Assembly (NCBI RefSeq): GCF_036321535.1
Contig: NC_087447.1
Coordinates: forward strand, 44,208,001 to 44,272,000
Length of the DNA stretch: 64,000 bases
Direction: 5' to 3'
Origin: Camelus dromedarius
Taxonomy: Eukaryota
Positions 37,698 to 50,592 of this stretch are shown one piece after another. Below the pieces are notes generated by a model, which saw only the letters and a list, made by a program, of their open reading frames with translations, ran no database searches and was not told where the DNA came from. Position 1 is the stretch's first letter; the number at the start of each line of letters is the position of its first letter. The translations under genes were made by a program, and so were the position numbers.

Positions 37698-39970
37698 TCT
37701 GAATTTTTATCACGTGCAAATTTTGGATTTTTTAATGAAAATGATTTGAAAGATATATAAAACAAAAATTTTATTCTGGTTTCCTCCACTGATTCCTAAT
37801 CTCATGACCTGGAGAGAATCATTCCAAGTCTTATTTTCTCCCACATAAAATGCCCAATACCTGTTGTAAGCAGGAAAGGAGATAAAGTATAGAAAACATG
37901 CCATGCCCCGGCAAATGTCAGAAATGGTAAGGCTCCTCCAGGATGCTATTTGACCTGAGACTTGAAGGTTGTGATCACGGAGGGGAAGGGGGCATTCCCG
38001 TTGACTCTATGATGACCAGCATCACTACTGTTACTTCCATCAACGTTATTTCTGCAATTATTGACTTAGAATCTTTGTATACACTAATTTATTTGCTTTG
38101 TATATTTTTCCTCTTTCTTTTTACCTGCTTCATAAATCTACACAATCTTCTGATATCACTTCCTGAGGGAGGTCTGCTCTGATCCTGAATGCAAATTAGG
38201 ACTCTCTCCTTTTACTCTTTCTCAGGGCACTCTGTTCTTTTCCTTCACAGTAATGACATCAATTTGTAATTATATATTTATTTGTGCAGTTCTTTGTTTA
38301 ATGACTCTCCTCTCCATTGGACTGTAATGGCCCTAAGGGCAGAGACTCTGGCTTGCTCATCCGTGTATATCAGTACTTGGCAGTGAGTGTAGGGGGGTAC
38401 TGGGAAGTGCTCAGAAGCAGTGAGAACAGCGAGGAGACTCTTGTGATTGATAATACTTTGGAGGTGAGGGCCTGGCTTGTGTCACATAATGGTGTGGAAT
38501 GGAAGTGGCAGTGAAAATGGGAACTGAGCCAAGGTTTGAGAAAGAAGAATTTTGCCAAGGGAGAATGAGCAGGATTAGGAGACTGGTTGAACGCCGCTAT
38601 GACAGTCTTTACTGAAGTGTAGAACTGTAGCCAGCACAGCACTGTGCATGGCACTTTTTATTCCATAGCTGTCTGTGTATCCGTCTGTCTCACTCAGAGC
38701 CAGGAGCTCCTAGAAGGCAGTGCCAGGTTCACCGTTATCCCAGATTCAGGACATGAATACTCACTGACTAAATGAAAGCATATGTCAATGAACAGTGAGG
38801 TCAAAAAGAGGAATAAGTAACAAGAAAAAGGTTTTCAGGATCTGGAGATTGTCTGGGAGCATGGTGCTAGACGCATGTTTTGACAGCTATGTAGACATGT
38901 CCTGGAGGCACCTGGAAACGGGGAGCTCACATTTCAGTGAGAGGTCAGGACTAGGCAAACCATTTGGGCATTCTGCATTCTTTTATTCATTTACTGAGTA
39001 TCTGCTATATTCCAGGCACTGGACTAGACCTCAGAAATACAAACATGAATGAAAAACTGTCCTTGCTGTGTCCTCAATGCCCCTGAGAAATACAACTGCA
39101 ATGTCTTCAATGCTTAGTAATGCATGCAAGATGACACATGTGCCCAAGTTCACATGAGTGAACTTGGATTTCTTTAGAGGAATCAGGAAGAGACTGATAG
39201 AAAAGAAAACACTAGAGTTTAATCTTAAATGATATGCAGATGTTAACTTGGTATGGGGAGTCTGAGATGAGAGGCAGGAACTGTAGAGGAACGAATTGAG
39301 TAAAGATATAAAGATTTGATAATCATGTCTCTGTCTTGTTGAAGACTTACTCTGTTCCAGGTAGTTTTATTTAGAGAACAAAAATAACTGTATTAGTCCT
39401 TTCAATAATCCCCCCAAAAAAGTACACTGTACATTCAGGAGGTCCTCCAAATACATAGGCTGGTCTTAAAATGTTTTCTCTTATGATCTCTTTGAAGCCT
39501 CTTGGCCTTCTATGCTACATATCAAACTTTCCTTTTCCTTCTAACTTCTTTATAGTTTGTGCCTTTGTATATTATAGAATTCATGCTATATTGACAAGAA
39601 CATGACATTTTAGACCACAGGGACCTAAGCTCTGACCACTGTTGGTTGTTCCTTTGTCCTGTTCTTTACATCCTGATAATACCTGTGAGGAGTAATTGAG
39701 GCTTTATATACAAAAAAGTAACTCATATCAAACAGCAAACACATGTTAATTCCTTTCTTTAGCCTGCTCTCTGGGAAAAGAAGGGAACCTAATAATTTAT
39801 ATACACGGTAATGAGTAGGAAACTAGTGAGAATCTGCACACCTGATATCCTACTTCAAATCGCAAGAATACTAAAGAACAGAGAGAATCGCTAAGTTGTA
39901 CCAGGGGCAGTGGTTGCCCACATGGTGTCTCGGTTGTTGCCACAGAATAATTGGCTTTAACACTTTAACA

Positions 39971-40211
39971 TTTTGTTTTTGCATTAGATGTTCCTTTTAT
40001 TTTTTAACCTTTTTTATTGAGTTATAATCATTTTACAATGTTGTGTCAAATCCCAGTGTGGAGTACAATGTTTCAGTTATACATGAACATACACATATTC
40101 ATTGTCACATCTTTTTCTCTGTGAGCTACCATAAGAGCTTATATATATTTCCCTGTGCTATACAGTATAATCTTGTTTATTTATTCTACAATTTGAAATC
40201 CCAGTCTGTCC
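39971..40211 (-). mobile_element. Young 5'-truncated L1 tail with short extra 3' sequence
   Basis: Reverse complement of the L1 tail at 63060-63236; TSD ctttaacactttaaca (39955-39970) / ctttaacactttcaaca (40212-40228). Confidence 0.88.
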
Positions 40212-40229
40212 CTTTAACACTTTCAACAG

Positions 40230-40380
40230 TCTGTTTCATTAATATAACGTCCTCCCTACATCAACTCTATGAGGTAGGTATTATCACCATCACAGATGAG
40301 GAAACTGAGAGAGAGAAATTTATGCATTAACTTGCATGGCTGGTAAATTGGAGACACAGGATTTGAACCCAGGTTTTTTA
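40230..40380. mobile_element. MIR SINE
   Basis: ctatgaggtaggta...cagatgaggaaactgag...ggatttgaacccagg. Confidence 0.75.
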
Positions 40381-41279
40381 GAGGTTAAATTGTTGAGGGG
40401 AATAAAAGACTATGGTTAGAGAAACTAGAAAGGTATGGAGCAGGGGGAAAGAAAATAGTTCAGTCCAGTCCGGGCATGGCAAGAACTGAAAGGGACAGAT
40501 AATCTAGAGCTGAGCTATGAGAGGGCTTGTATGACACACTGGCAATGTTAGTTTCATTCTAAAAATGGGGGTGAATTGTTGAGACTTTAAGTATGATAAT
40601 GACAGATCATCACACGTGTATTTAGAAAGAACTGTGCAGAGGGCGAGGAGGATGAATGAGAATGGGGTGTGTATGAACGTCTCAGTACAGCTGGAGGCTG
40701 GGAGACCAGTTAGGAGGCTCTATCAATAATCCCGGTGGGAGATACAAGCCAGCACCCAAGTTTCATCTCCACAGGGGTGATTCGTTGAAACCTTGGCACT
40801 AGAGGGGATTTCTGAGATGGTACCCGAGGAGGAGAGAAGAAGAGGACCAACTACTGAGTTCCCAGGACAAGTACAGTTTAAAAGGACTTAGAAAATAACA
40901 CAAGGATCTACCCTTGGACATGCTGGGGGAACAGCAAGGAATCCATGACTACAGAAGGCAAGATGATAAAAAGTTTCAAGAGCAAAATTCCTCGTACACA
41001 AGCATCAGAGAAAATCTGAAGGACATTTGATTTCCTTAAGAATCTCTCTGGACCAAGAGCTGGTCAAAGCCTTGCATCACTGGACTCTGTTGTAATTCCT
41101 CCCAGTCAAGGCCCTGGTCCTTCAAGATCTCAATCTGCAGAATCACAGTCTCTGAGAGCTCGAAGGGCCCCCGAGACCCAAGAGTAAAAGCCTGGGAATC
41201 TCCGCTAAGGGGGTGAGGTCTCTCTCCCTCTCCTGCAGCTCTGCGCAGGCTGAGCTCTGCCCTCACTGGCTTCCATCCT

Positions 41280-41670
41280 CAGTCTCTTCCACCCCTGGGC
41301 TTGCAGACGAACCAGCCTATAATGAGCAGTCAGAGGCTGTGACCTCATTAAAAAGTTGTTAATGAGACACACTGCTGCTCAGGGAGCACAGCTGAGGGAG
41401 GCTCCCAGTGGCCTCTCGTGGGGCCTGGCGGGAGAGCTTGGGTGAGCAGGCAGGCCCAGCTCTGGGCAGAGGGCTAATGCACTCAGGCTGCAGAGCCACG
41501 CCTAATGAGCTCACGCTGGCAGCAAGCAGGCCAGCTCGGAAGCTCAAGTCCCTGCTGACCTGCAGGCTGCGGGGAGTGGGTGTCATCCGGAGAAGCAGTG
41601 ATCCTCTCTGAGCTCTCAGCTCTGCTTACTGCCTCCTCTGCGGATCCAATTTTGATGGAGGACTCCAAAT
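41280..41670. promoter_or_regulatory. P-element-like olfactory receptor enhancer (between OR10A5-like and OR10A2-like)
   Basis: TCATTAAAAAGTT (reverse complement AACTTTTTAATGA) at 41345-41357; TAATGA at 41320, 41360, 41503; TAATGC at 41475; O/E-like acccctgggc (41291) and ctcagggag (41378); position matches mouse P between P3 and P4 as recalled. Confidence 0.8.
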
Positions 41671-42059
41671 TGTGAGGTTACAAGATGGTTTTCCTTGCAC
41701 TGAATTTTGGTCTTATGATCTCTTAATTGCCCAGTTACACAGGTCTTTTGAATGGCGTCTTTTTAGCCTGTGTCCTCTTGCCACATCATACCACTCCCCA
41801 AGTAATGTTTACAAACTACAGATTTGATGGTTTCTTCATGCTAAAAACCCTTCAGTTAATCTATACAGTTCACAAAATAGTGTTCAAACCCCTTGGCCTA
41901 GAAGGCCTTTCTAGATTTGACACGTTCCTACCTCCCCACCCTTATTCCCTCCAGTTTTCCTTCCATATCATACTTTTTATTTTTCTCACCATCAGCATCA
42001 ACATCACCACCACTGCCACCAGCATCAGTATAATGCTTACGTTTTCTATAGAAGTTGCC

Positions 42060-42270
42060 ATGGGCCCAGCCTTGTTCCTTAGTGACTTACATATATTCAC
42101 TCATTTAATCCTCTCCACCAAGATGTGAAATAGGTGTTATGATTATCTTCACTTTACAGAAGAGGAAATATAGGCACAGAGTTGCTAAATAACTTTCTCA
42201 GTGTCACAGAGCTATCAAGGGACAGAAGCAGGACAAAGCCCAGGCTTTTTAGCTTCAGAGTTCATGCTCT
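42060..42270. mobile_element. MIR SINE
   Basis: tcatttaatcctc...ttttacagaagaggaaatataggcacagag. Confidence 0.72.
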
Positions 42271-42274
42271 GACC

Positions 42275-43840
42275 CAGGTGTAGGCAAATGACCATCTACA
42301 GGACAAATTCAACCTTCCACCCATCTCTGTATAATTCATGTGTTCAGAATGGTTTTTACATTTTTTTCAGTGCTTAAAAAAAGCAAAAGAAGAGTAATAT
42401 TCCTTGACATATGAAAATCATATGAAATTCAGATTCCACTATCTGGAAATAAAGTTCTGTTGGCACATGGCCATGCTCATTCACTTAAACGTCGTGGCTA
42501 CTTTCATGCTGCAACAGCAAAGCTGAACACTTGTATGAAGTTCATACATTAGTGGTACTTTCATCTGCTGCTTGGGGCATTAAAATTCATCGTGATGCCC
42601 AAGGACAAAATTGTAATCATGTGAGGTGATGTATGCTTCCTAAGCTTACTGTGGTAATCATATTGTTATACATACATGTGTCAGCTCATTATGCTATACA
42701 CCTTAAACTGGTACAATGTTATATCAGTTATATCTCAGTAAAACTGAAAAAAAGTTTTCAGGAGCCAGAGCAGGTGAACATAGGAGAGAAATTGTCACAA
42801 TTTAAGCAGTGAGTATTTGTGTAGCTGTTGTCAAGTTATAAGAGTATGTTCATGGCCCTGTCTACTGTGTAGAGTGAATTACTCTTGCAAAAAATAAATA
42901 TTAACAAGCTTTTAAAAAAGCATAGTGAAGCAGTTATTACTTAACAGCATCTTGAGTGCCTTGTGCATCTCTGTACTGCAACATTTTATTTACTTATTTT
43001 GTTGCCAGTGCATATCCATCAAGTCAAAATGAGAAAAAAAATTGACATCAAATATCACATTTTAAAGAACAGTGGAGTGTAGAATATTCTGATATCAAAT
43101 TAGATGGTAAATCATTGTTTATAATGCAATGCTATTCACGCTATGCCAAAATTATATATTATATGTAGACATCACTAGACTAAATCCTCATTCCTATATT
43201 TCCAACTCACAGGAAGCAACAGTCAGAGAAATCTGAAAATTGAATGGAATATCTCATTACAGCAGAATGTCTTTCCCATCTAACCTTCAATAGAAAATGA
43301 TTCATCTTCAGAGGGCAGGGCATAGCTCAGTGGTAGAGCACATGCTTAGCATGCATGAGGTCCTGGGTTCAATCCCCAGTACCTCCATTAAAAAGAAAAA
43401 AAACAACTAATTACCACCCCCCAAAAAATAAAATGATCTTATGCCATAAATGACATGCTAAAAACAAATTTCAGGAGGACAATCTATTGGAATGTATAAA
43501 CATATTCCAAAAAATGAATATGCTATATAAAAATTATATAACTGTGGGTGATAACAGTATTTGACAACACGTAATTGTACAAAAAGACGTTTTTGAAGAT
43601 GCAAGATGTAAAATCTCCTTGTAGATTAGCCTTGACATGTAAACACTTGCAACTGATTTTGAATCTCAATTAAATGAAATATTATTCCCCTAAAAAGGAA
43701 TTCCATTCTTCTCATTAGTAGACCTGTATTATAAAAAATTATATTGTAAATTTCACCAATAAAATTATGAAAACTTTTCTCTTTGTTATATAATTATCTA
43801 TAAAATTTCCTTGATTTTGCGTCTTGGCCTACAAAGCTTA
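42275..43840. mobile_element. hAT-Charlie DNA transposon remnant with nested L1 tail (~42610-42755) and SINE
   Basis: Starts caggtgtaggcaaa (MER58/Charlie-like terminus), tatgaaattcagatt...aaataaagtt...catggccatgctcattca; far end ttttgcgtcttggcctacaaagc. Confidence 0.6.
43311..43430 (+). mobile_element. Vic-1-like SINE
   Basis: gggcatagctcagtggtagagcacatgcttagcatgcatgaggtcctgggttcaatccccagtacctcca plus A-rich tail. Confidence 0.9.
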
Positions 43841-44489
43841 TTTATTATCTGTTGCTGACTCCTAGCACATACCTGGTATTATGGTATGAATATGGCCATT
43901 TGGCCTCTTCATTTTGGAAACACTGCTTATTTTTCTTAGAATCCCTCTCCACACTCAGTTCAAAACCTCCGTCCCTATTTTATCTTCCACTCTTGTTCTT
44001 TACTACTTCTAATCCTTTGGCTGCACTCTTACTCAGGATCCTAATCATATGTTTATATTTCTGTCTCACTAATGGACTGCAAAGACAGTCATGTTCAATA
44101 TCTAATTTAGTGGCTTAACCATTTCTTCTAGTACCTGTTGTGGTGGGTTAAAGACAGCAGCACTGGACTTATATTCATGTTCCTTGCATTATTTTCTTGT
44201 ATACTAATGCCTACTCAGGTCCCCCCATTGTATTCTTTTACTCAGAAAAGTAAATATTCTTTTACTCTGATTCTGAGTTATTTACTTAATTAATTGACTA
44301 TTCATTGCATGGTACTTAAAAAACATAGAGAATTGAGATTCAAGCCACCTGAATTTTGTTCTAAATATGTATGATCAAATATCTTTGAACGCCACTTCCC
44401 TTACCTATGAAATGAAGGATTCAGATGAGATAAGTTGCTAATAGCAAATGCCTATATATGTACCTACAGCATGCTAGTGCTGTCATAAA

Positions 44490-44650
44490 CACATTATATG
44501 CAATATCAACTCTTAAAAACAAATCCATAAAATAGATACTATTATTACACGCATCATTTTACAGATGAGGAAAGAGACAAAAAGAGTTTAATTCACTTTC
44601 CAGTGGTCACCAGCTAGTAAATGGCAGAGTGGAATACGAACCCAGGTAAG
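44490..44650. mobile_element. MIR SINE
   Basis: cattttacagatgaggaaa...cagctagtaaatggcagag...gaacccagg. Confidence 0.75.
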
Positions 44651-45576
44651 TCCCTTTATGTTATGTAACACTCCGTTACTTCAGGAGTCTATAGTTTTTT
44701 CTTTTGTAATTTCTATTGCTGATTAAATTATAAACCTCTGAATGCAGTGATTGTATTTTATGGTCTTTGGTATTTTCACATCAACAAACAAAAGTTTTGA
44801 AATTAAAAGGCATTAAGCAAAACATGACAGAGTTGTTAATAAGACATAGTGGAGTAGCTAGGATCCATTGTAAGCCTTAAAGAAATCAGCACCATGATGG
44901 AAATTATGTTAGTGAAAACCTGAAATCACTTCAACAAACCTTAAAAACCTGAAAAAAAGAACTGAGAGGGAGAACTGGAAACTCAGATCTTCCTAGCTGG
45001 GGAAAACATCCTGAAAGCAGTTGATTAAGGATATTGGGATTATAAAGAATAGCCACGGGGACTAGTGATTTACTTTCCTTTATCCATGCTAAGTACCAAC
45101 CAATTCAAGAGCAGTCACTGCCTCAGAGACGTACAAACTGAAGTGAATGAATGAGGAAACTTGTACAGCAGAGCGATTAGAGCTTTCCCCCTCTACTGAA
45201 TGGAGTCACACTTGTCCAAAACAAGATGAAGTGCCAAGATAACTTTGCATCCCCAAGTTCACATTACAAGCAGTTTACTCTGTTGGTGATGTATTTCACA
45301 TTGGTGCACATTGCAAAGTAAAGATCTGGAATGTATTGGCCACAGAAATGTAAAAATATCAACTGAACCAATAAGAAAAAGAATGTGAGTGTATAAAAAG
45401 CTAGCAGAGGAATGCAGCAGGTGGTAACGAGAGGTCTAACCCAGCTCTGCGCTGTTTTCTCTCCACTGGGCTTTACAACAGCTATTTCAGCAACTAGGTT
45501 TTGAAGCCAGGGGAGAGGGGAACAGAAGCAGAGAAGAATCTCAAGTATGAACAGATTGTTCCTCATTCAATAAACT

Positions 45577-46554
45577 TTAGTTGTGCCTCAAAATAGCTGT
45601 AGAATTTCTGTAGTTTCTGCCCCCTAAAACCTTGTGGAAGGTCCGGCTGAGGGCATTCTTCACTTCATAATTTCTCAGGCTGTAGATGATGGGGTTCAAC
45701 ATGGGAGTCACAACGGTGTAGGATAGTGACAGCACCTTCTTGCTCTCAGGAGAATTATTGGACTTGGGACGGAAGTAGGTGAGGCTTGAAGATACATAGA
45801 AAAGGGAGACAACAAGGAGGTGGGAGGAGCAGGTAGAGAAGGCTTTGTGCTTCCCTTTAGCTGAAGGAATCTTGAGGATGGCAGCAGCGATGCGAGTGTA
45901 GGAACATAGGATCAGCAAGCAGGGTAGCATGACGACTAGAATGGTCCCAACGATGGCATAGACCTCAAAGAGTGCTGTGTCTGCACAGACCAGCCTGAGC
46001 ACAGGTGGGCTGTCACAGAAGAAGTGGTTCACCTCGTTGGTGCCACAGAATGGAAAGCTGAAGAGCCACGTGGTCTGCACAGTAGCTACAGGAACGCCTG
46101 GAAACCAGGAGGCAGCAGCCAGTTTGGCACATGTCCTTGTGCTCATGATGACTGGGTAGTGTAAGGGATTGCAGATGGCTACATAGCGGTCATATGCCAT
46201 GGTGGCCAGAAGGAAGCATTCAGAAACCCCGAAGAAGAAGAAGAAATACATCTGAGTGGCACAGCCAAGAAAGGAGATGATCGTGTCCTGGGCAATCAGT
46301 GTCCCCAGCATCTTGGGCACAATGACTAGGTTGAAGCCAATCTCCAAGAAGGACAAGTTCCTGAGGAAGAAGTACATGGGGCTGTGCAGCATGGGGTCAG
46401 CCCAGGTGACCAGAAGGATGAGGCCGTTTCCCATCAGGGTGACCAGGTAGATGATTAAAAATACCAGGAAGAGTAATGACTGTATTTCAGTAGGTAAGGA
46501 AGAGAAACTCATCAGGGTAAACTCGCTAACTCTCGTCCAGTTGCCTCCAGCCAT
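45577..46554 (-). CDS. OR10A5: Olfactory receptor 10A5-like, intact, 325 aa from ATG at 46554, altered C-terminus
   Basis: Full OR motif set; SSSLTYF and SRTFHKVL as recalled for OR10A5; ORF-track start at 46602 is a TTG. Confidence 0.85.
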   Translation of the reverse strand: MAGGNWTRVSEFTLMSFSSLPTEIQSLLFLVFLIIYLVTLMGNGLILLVTWADPMLHSPMYFFLRNLSFLEIGFNLVIVPKMLGTLIAQDTIISFLGCATQMYFFFFFGVSECFLLATMAYDRYVAICNPLHYPVIMSTRTCAKLAAASWFPGVPVATVQTTWLFSFPFCGTNEVNHFFCDSPPVLRLVCADTALFEVYAIVGTILVVMLPCLLILCSYTRIAAAILKIPSAKGKHKAFSTCSSHLLVVSLFYVSSSLTYFRPKSNNSPESKKVLSLSYTVVTPMLNPIIYSLRNYEVKNALSRTFHKVLGGRNYRNSTAILRHN

Positions 46555-48144
46555 AGAAACAGGAATGAAACCCCAGCTGCGGTCATGGAGAGAGATTCTC
46601 AATAGAAAGAGTCAGATTCTGGATTTGTTTTTCAGATTCATTCTGAGTGTCAGGGAAAGAGACGAAATCAGGATCTCAGTTGCAAAGGAAACGGCTTCCT
46701 GTTGTCTAAGAATAAAGACACAAGGAAGAGTCGCCAGAGCCCAAGCTCTGAATGGGCAACGGCTCATCCTTCCTTACTCTTATTCTTTATCATCCATTTT
46801 CCACTTTGTGATCATATTTGCTAAAACAAATTGGATCATATCCACACACACCCATCTTCTGCTGCATAATTAATACCTTTGTTGTGGGGTTAAATGAGAT
46901 AGGTCCTGAGGCAATAAAGTGGAGTCAGATGGAAAACAGTAGATAATTTCCATTTAATCCTGTTATATATTCCCCTTTGTGAAAGATTCATGGTGTTCAT
47001 CTTCTCCATCTACTGCCAAAAATAGTACTTACTTTTTTGTATGCAAGTAGGGACTGCAGTCCTAATACAATTTGAGAGGGTACATAATGGAAAAAGTCAA
47101 TTGTTTTATCATGCTTCATTTTGAAGTGAGTTGAAGTAGGAAAAAAGTGGCAAGGGGATGGATAGGAGGATGTGTACAGAATGTAGTAGTTTTAATTCAC
47201 CTTTCCCCCTCAATGTCAGAACTGCAGAGTACTTCAGATCCTACAATACTTGTTCCTTCTTGTCTGACCTGTTTATGAGGTAACAACCTTAGGAGCTTTA
47301 TTTTTCAGTCCAGCAAAGCTATAATTAAAAATTGGTGGTCAGGACCCAACGTATTCACTGGCTTTCAAAATTAAGATCTAAGAGGTAGATCTTAGATCTA
47401 CAACTAAGCAGATAGTGAGTGTGCCTCAGGAGATTCCAAATACTTCTCTTTCAAGAGTGGACAAATGGAAAAAAAAAAAGAAATGAATTACCACAAGAGT
47501 TCTATGAAAAATATGAGAAACATTAGAGTGAATATTCAAAGGAAAACAATTATGAATAAACAATTAACATGTGTTATATTAAAGACAGAATCTTAAGTAA
47601 TAAGGAAAAATTTAATATTTATTCCACTTCTATTGAGGCACTGGCGATGTGACGGTTGATTCCTCCGTGAAGCTTAAAATTTAATGGGGGAGATATTTAA
47701 ATAATCAATCCTATTAAAATCACAATGAAGATCTTGATACAGTAAATACACAGTAGCTTGGTGGAGGGAATGTATAAGGGGTAGGGACACCTAATGATGC
47801 CACCTAAGATGTGCAGAACATGTAGGGTGCACATTATTATGAAAATATTATAAAATTGAAATTACATTACAAAACATAAAGTATAGGAAAAAATTTAAAT
47901 TACTGAGCTAACTCTTTTTGAACTGAGCATTCCTTAACACACACACACATACACAAGAATAGAAATACACACATACCGATATGTTTTGATCTTTGTGTTA
48001 TTTATTTTTTTTAATTTTGAGGGTAGGGAAAATCTTTAAGCATTCAGACAGGAAACAAATATAACTAAAGAAGCAAAACCACACGTTACAATCAAAAGAA
48101 CTTCCAGGCTGCCTACAAAAAACCACAAGAATTTTATCTTACAC

Positions 48145-49770
48145 CACTCAAAAAACTAATTCTAAATGGATTAAAGACTTAAATATAAAACCTGAAACTA
48201 TAAAACTTCTAGAAGAAAATGTAGGGGAAAAGCTTCTTCACATTGGTCTTGGCAGTGATTTTTTTGGATATGATACTGAAAGCACAAGCCAAAAAAACTA
48301 AAAATAAACAAGTGGACTCCATTAAACTGAAAAGCTTCTGCACAGCAAAGGAAACAATCAACAAAATGAAAAGGCAACCTACCAAATGGGAAAATATGTT
48401 TGCAAACTGTATATCTGATAAAGGGTTAATATCCAAACTATATGAGAAATTCATATAACTCAGTAGGAAAATAATAATAAAAGTAAAAATGAAAAAAGAA
48501 TCTGATTGAAAAATGAACAGAAGGCCTTAATAGACATTTTTCTAAAGATGGCATACAAATGGCCAACAGATACACACAAAGGTGCTCAACGTCACTAGTC
48601 AACAGGGAAATGCACATCAAAACTCCAGTGAGATCTCGCCTTAAAGAAATGGCTATCATCAAAAAGACAAAGATTATATAAAATAGATAAACAGGTTTAT
48701 ACTGTATAGTACAGGTATATTCGATATCTTGTAGTAACCTATACTGAAAAAGAATATATGTATGTATATGGATGACTGAAACATTATTCTGTACCAGAAG
48801 CTGATGCAACATTGTAAACTGACTATACTTCAAAAACAAAAACAAAAATATTGCTTTATAGTTAACAGGAAAGAAAAAAATCACATACAACTTGAAATTC
48901 TAAAAAAAGATAAGCGATAACAAGTGTTGGGGAAGATGTGGAGAAAGGAGAACTTTCGTGCACAGTTGAGGGGAATATAAATTGGTATAGCCATTATGGA
49001 AAAATAGTGTGGAGGTTCCTCAAAAATTTAAAATAAAATTACTATATGATCCAGTAATTCCACTTCTGGGTATATATACAGAGAGAATGAAGTCACTATC
49101 TCAGAGATATCTGCACTCCCCATGTTCATGGCAGCATTATTCACAATAGCTAAGATATGGAAACAACTTAAGTGTCTACAGATGAATGGATAAAGAAAAT
49201 TGGGGAGATATATATATGTATGTATATATGTATTATTCAGCCATATTATTATTATTTAGCCATTAAAAAGAAAGAAATCTTGCCATTTTTGACAGACAAA
49301 ATTAATTGAGCTTGAGGATCTCATGCTAAATGAAATAAGTCAAAGAACAAACAAATACTGTATTATCTCACTTATATATGGACTCTAAGAAAGCTGAACT
49401 CAAAGAAACAGAGAGTAGAATGATGACTGCCAGGGACTGGGGGCTAGGGGAAAGGGGGAAATGTTGGTCAAGATCTACGAACTTCCAGTAATAGGATGAG
49501 TAAGTTCTGGGGCTCTAATATACAGCAGTGGTGACTATAATTAAACATATTGTATTATATACTTGCTAGTTGCTAAAAGAGAGTAGATCTTAAGTGTTCT
49601 CCATATATGCACACACAAAAGGTAGTTATGTGAGGTGATGGATGTGTTAACTAACTTTTTTTGTGGCAATTATTTTGCAACGTATATGTGTATCAAATCA
49701 TCACATTGTACACCTCAAACTTACACAATATTAAATGTCAGTTATATCTCAATAAAGTTGGGAGAAAAAA
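48145..49770 (+). mobile_element. L1 ORF2 3' part + 3' UTR (L1MA-type) with nested younger L1 tail (~48675-48905)
   Basis: ORF 48243-48458 [24 protein letters not shown]; ends tatatctcaataaagttggg. Confidence 0.92.
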
Positions 49771-50244
49771 CTCATATGCCCAATAGACTTCTGCTGATAA
49801 CACATATGAAAAAACACAGTAGACTGAGGCTTAAAAAATTTGAGGGGAGAATTAAGACTTTTATTATTATCACATAAAAAAATAATGAAAATAAATTAAC
49901 TTGGTTTTCAAATCAACTTAGAAAAGAAAACAGATACAGCAAGGAAAAAATACAACTAAAAGCAAAAATAAATTTTAAAATTATAAAATTGATAACTATA
50001 TTTAAAAGTCAGTCCTTTGAAAACTTAAAAAGTGGAGATAAATAGTCGCAGAATCTAATAAAGAAATGTCTGAAGAAAACAATAATATGCAATTTTAGGA
50101 ATAAGAAATGGAAAATATCCTTGGAAACAATGAAATTTTTAAAATTATAAGAATACTATAATAATAATAAATGTGTGCTACTTAAAACAAACTGATAGTT
50201 TTCTAGTAATGTGTGAGGTTCATCTTGATTTTAAAAGATAAAAT

Positions 50245-50592
50245 ATGATGGATGAACCTGGAAGACATTCTGCTAAATGAAATAAGCCAGACACAGAAGG
50301 ACAAATGCTGCATGATTCCACTTATACAAGGTACATAAAATAGTCAAACTCAGAAATGGGGAGCAGTATGGTGATATCAAGGGGCTAGGGGGGAGTCGGG
50401 GGGTGGGAGGGAGAAACAAGGACTTGCTGTTTGAAGGGTACAAAGTTTCAGTTTTGCATGGTGAATAACTTTTAGAAATCTGCTGCACAACATTGTGCCT
50501 GCAGTTAACAAGCTGTATTGTGTACTTAAACATTCGTTAAGGATTCTCACGCTAAGCGGTCTTACACAACAAAAAAATTGATTAAAAAAAAG
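50245..50592 (+). mobile_element. L1 3' UTR fragment
   Basis: atggatgaacctggaagacatt...gaaataagccagacacagaaggacaaat. Confidence 0.82.

Larger units (their letters stand above)
31320..42270. repeat. Tandem segmental duplication, unit 1 (OR10A2-like gene plus upstream region)
   Basis: Colinear homology to ~45170-61280, e.g. 31360/45200, 35380/53455, 36001/54061, 37950/55803, 38810/56685, 40740/59573, 41345/60450. Confidence 0.88.

Noticed and set aside
41036..41611. Short ORFs repeated almost identically at 60141-60716 (76, 75, 67 aa), and 36164-36355 / 54224-54415
   Set aside because: Mostly non-ATG starts, overlapping on both strands, no recognisable domain; their identity follows from nucleotide-level homogenisation.
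43311..43390. tRNA gene
   Set aside because: A and B boxes are present, but the A-rich tail and multiple diverged copies, several with TSDs, indicate a SINE.
46555..46602. N-terminal extensions of OR10A5-like (and OR10A4, 18409-18438) and an out-of-frame upstream ATG at 46586
   Set aside because: Extensions start at TTG/GTG; the upstream ATG lies 5' of a likely CAG acceptor (~46577) and is probably intronic.
47371..47400. Small inverted repeat taagatcta...tagatctta
   Set aside because: Too short and AT-rich to distinguish from chance.
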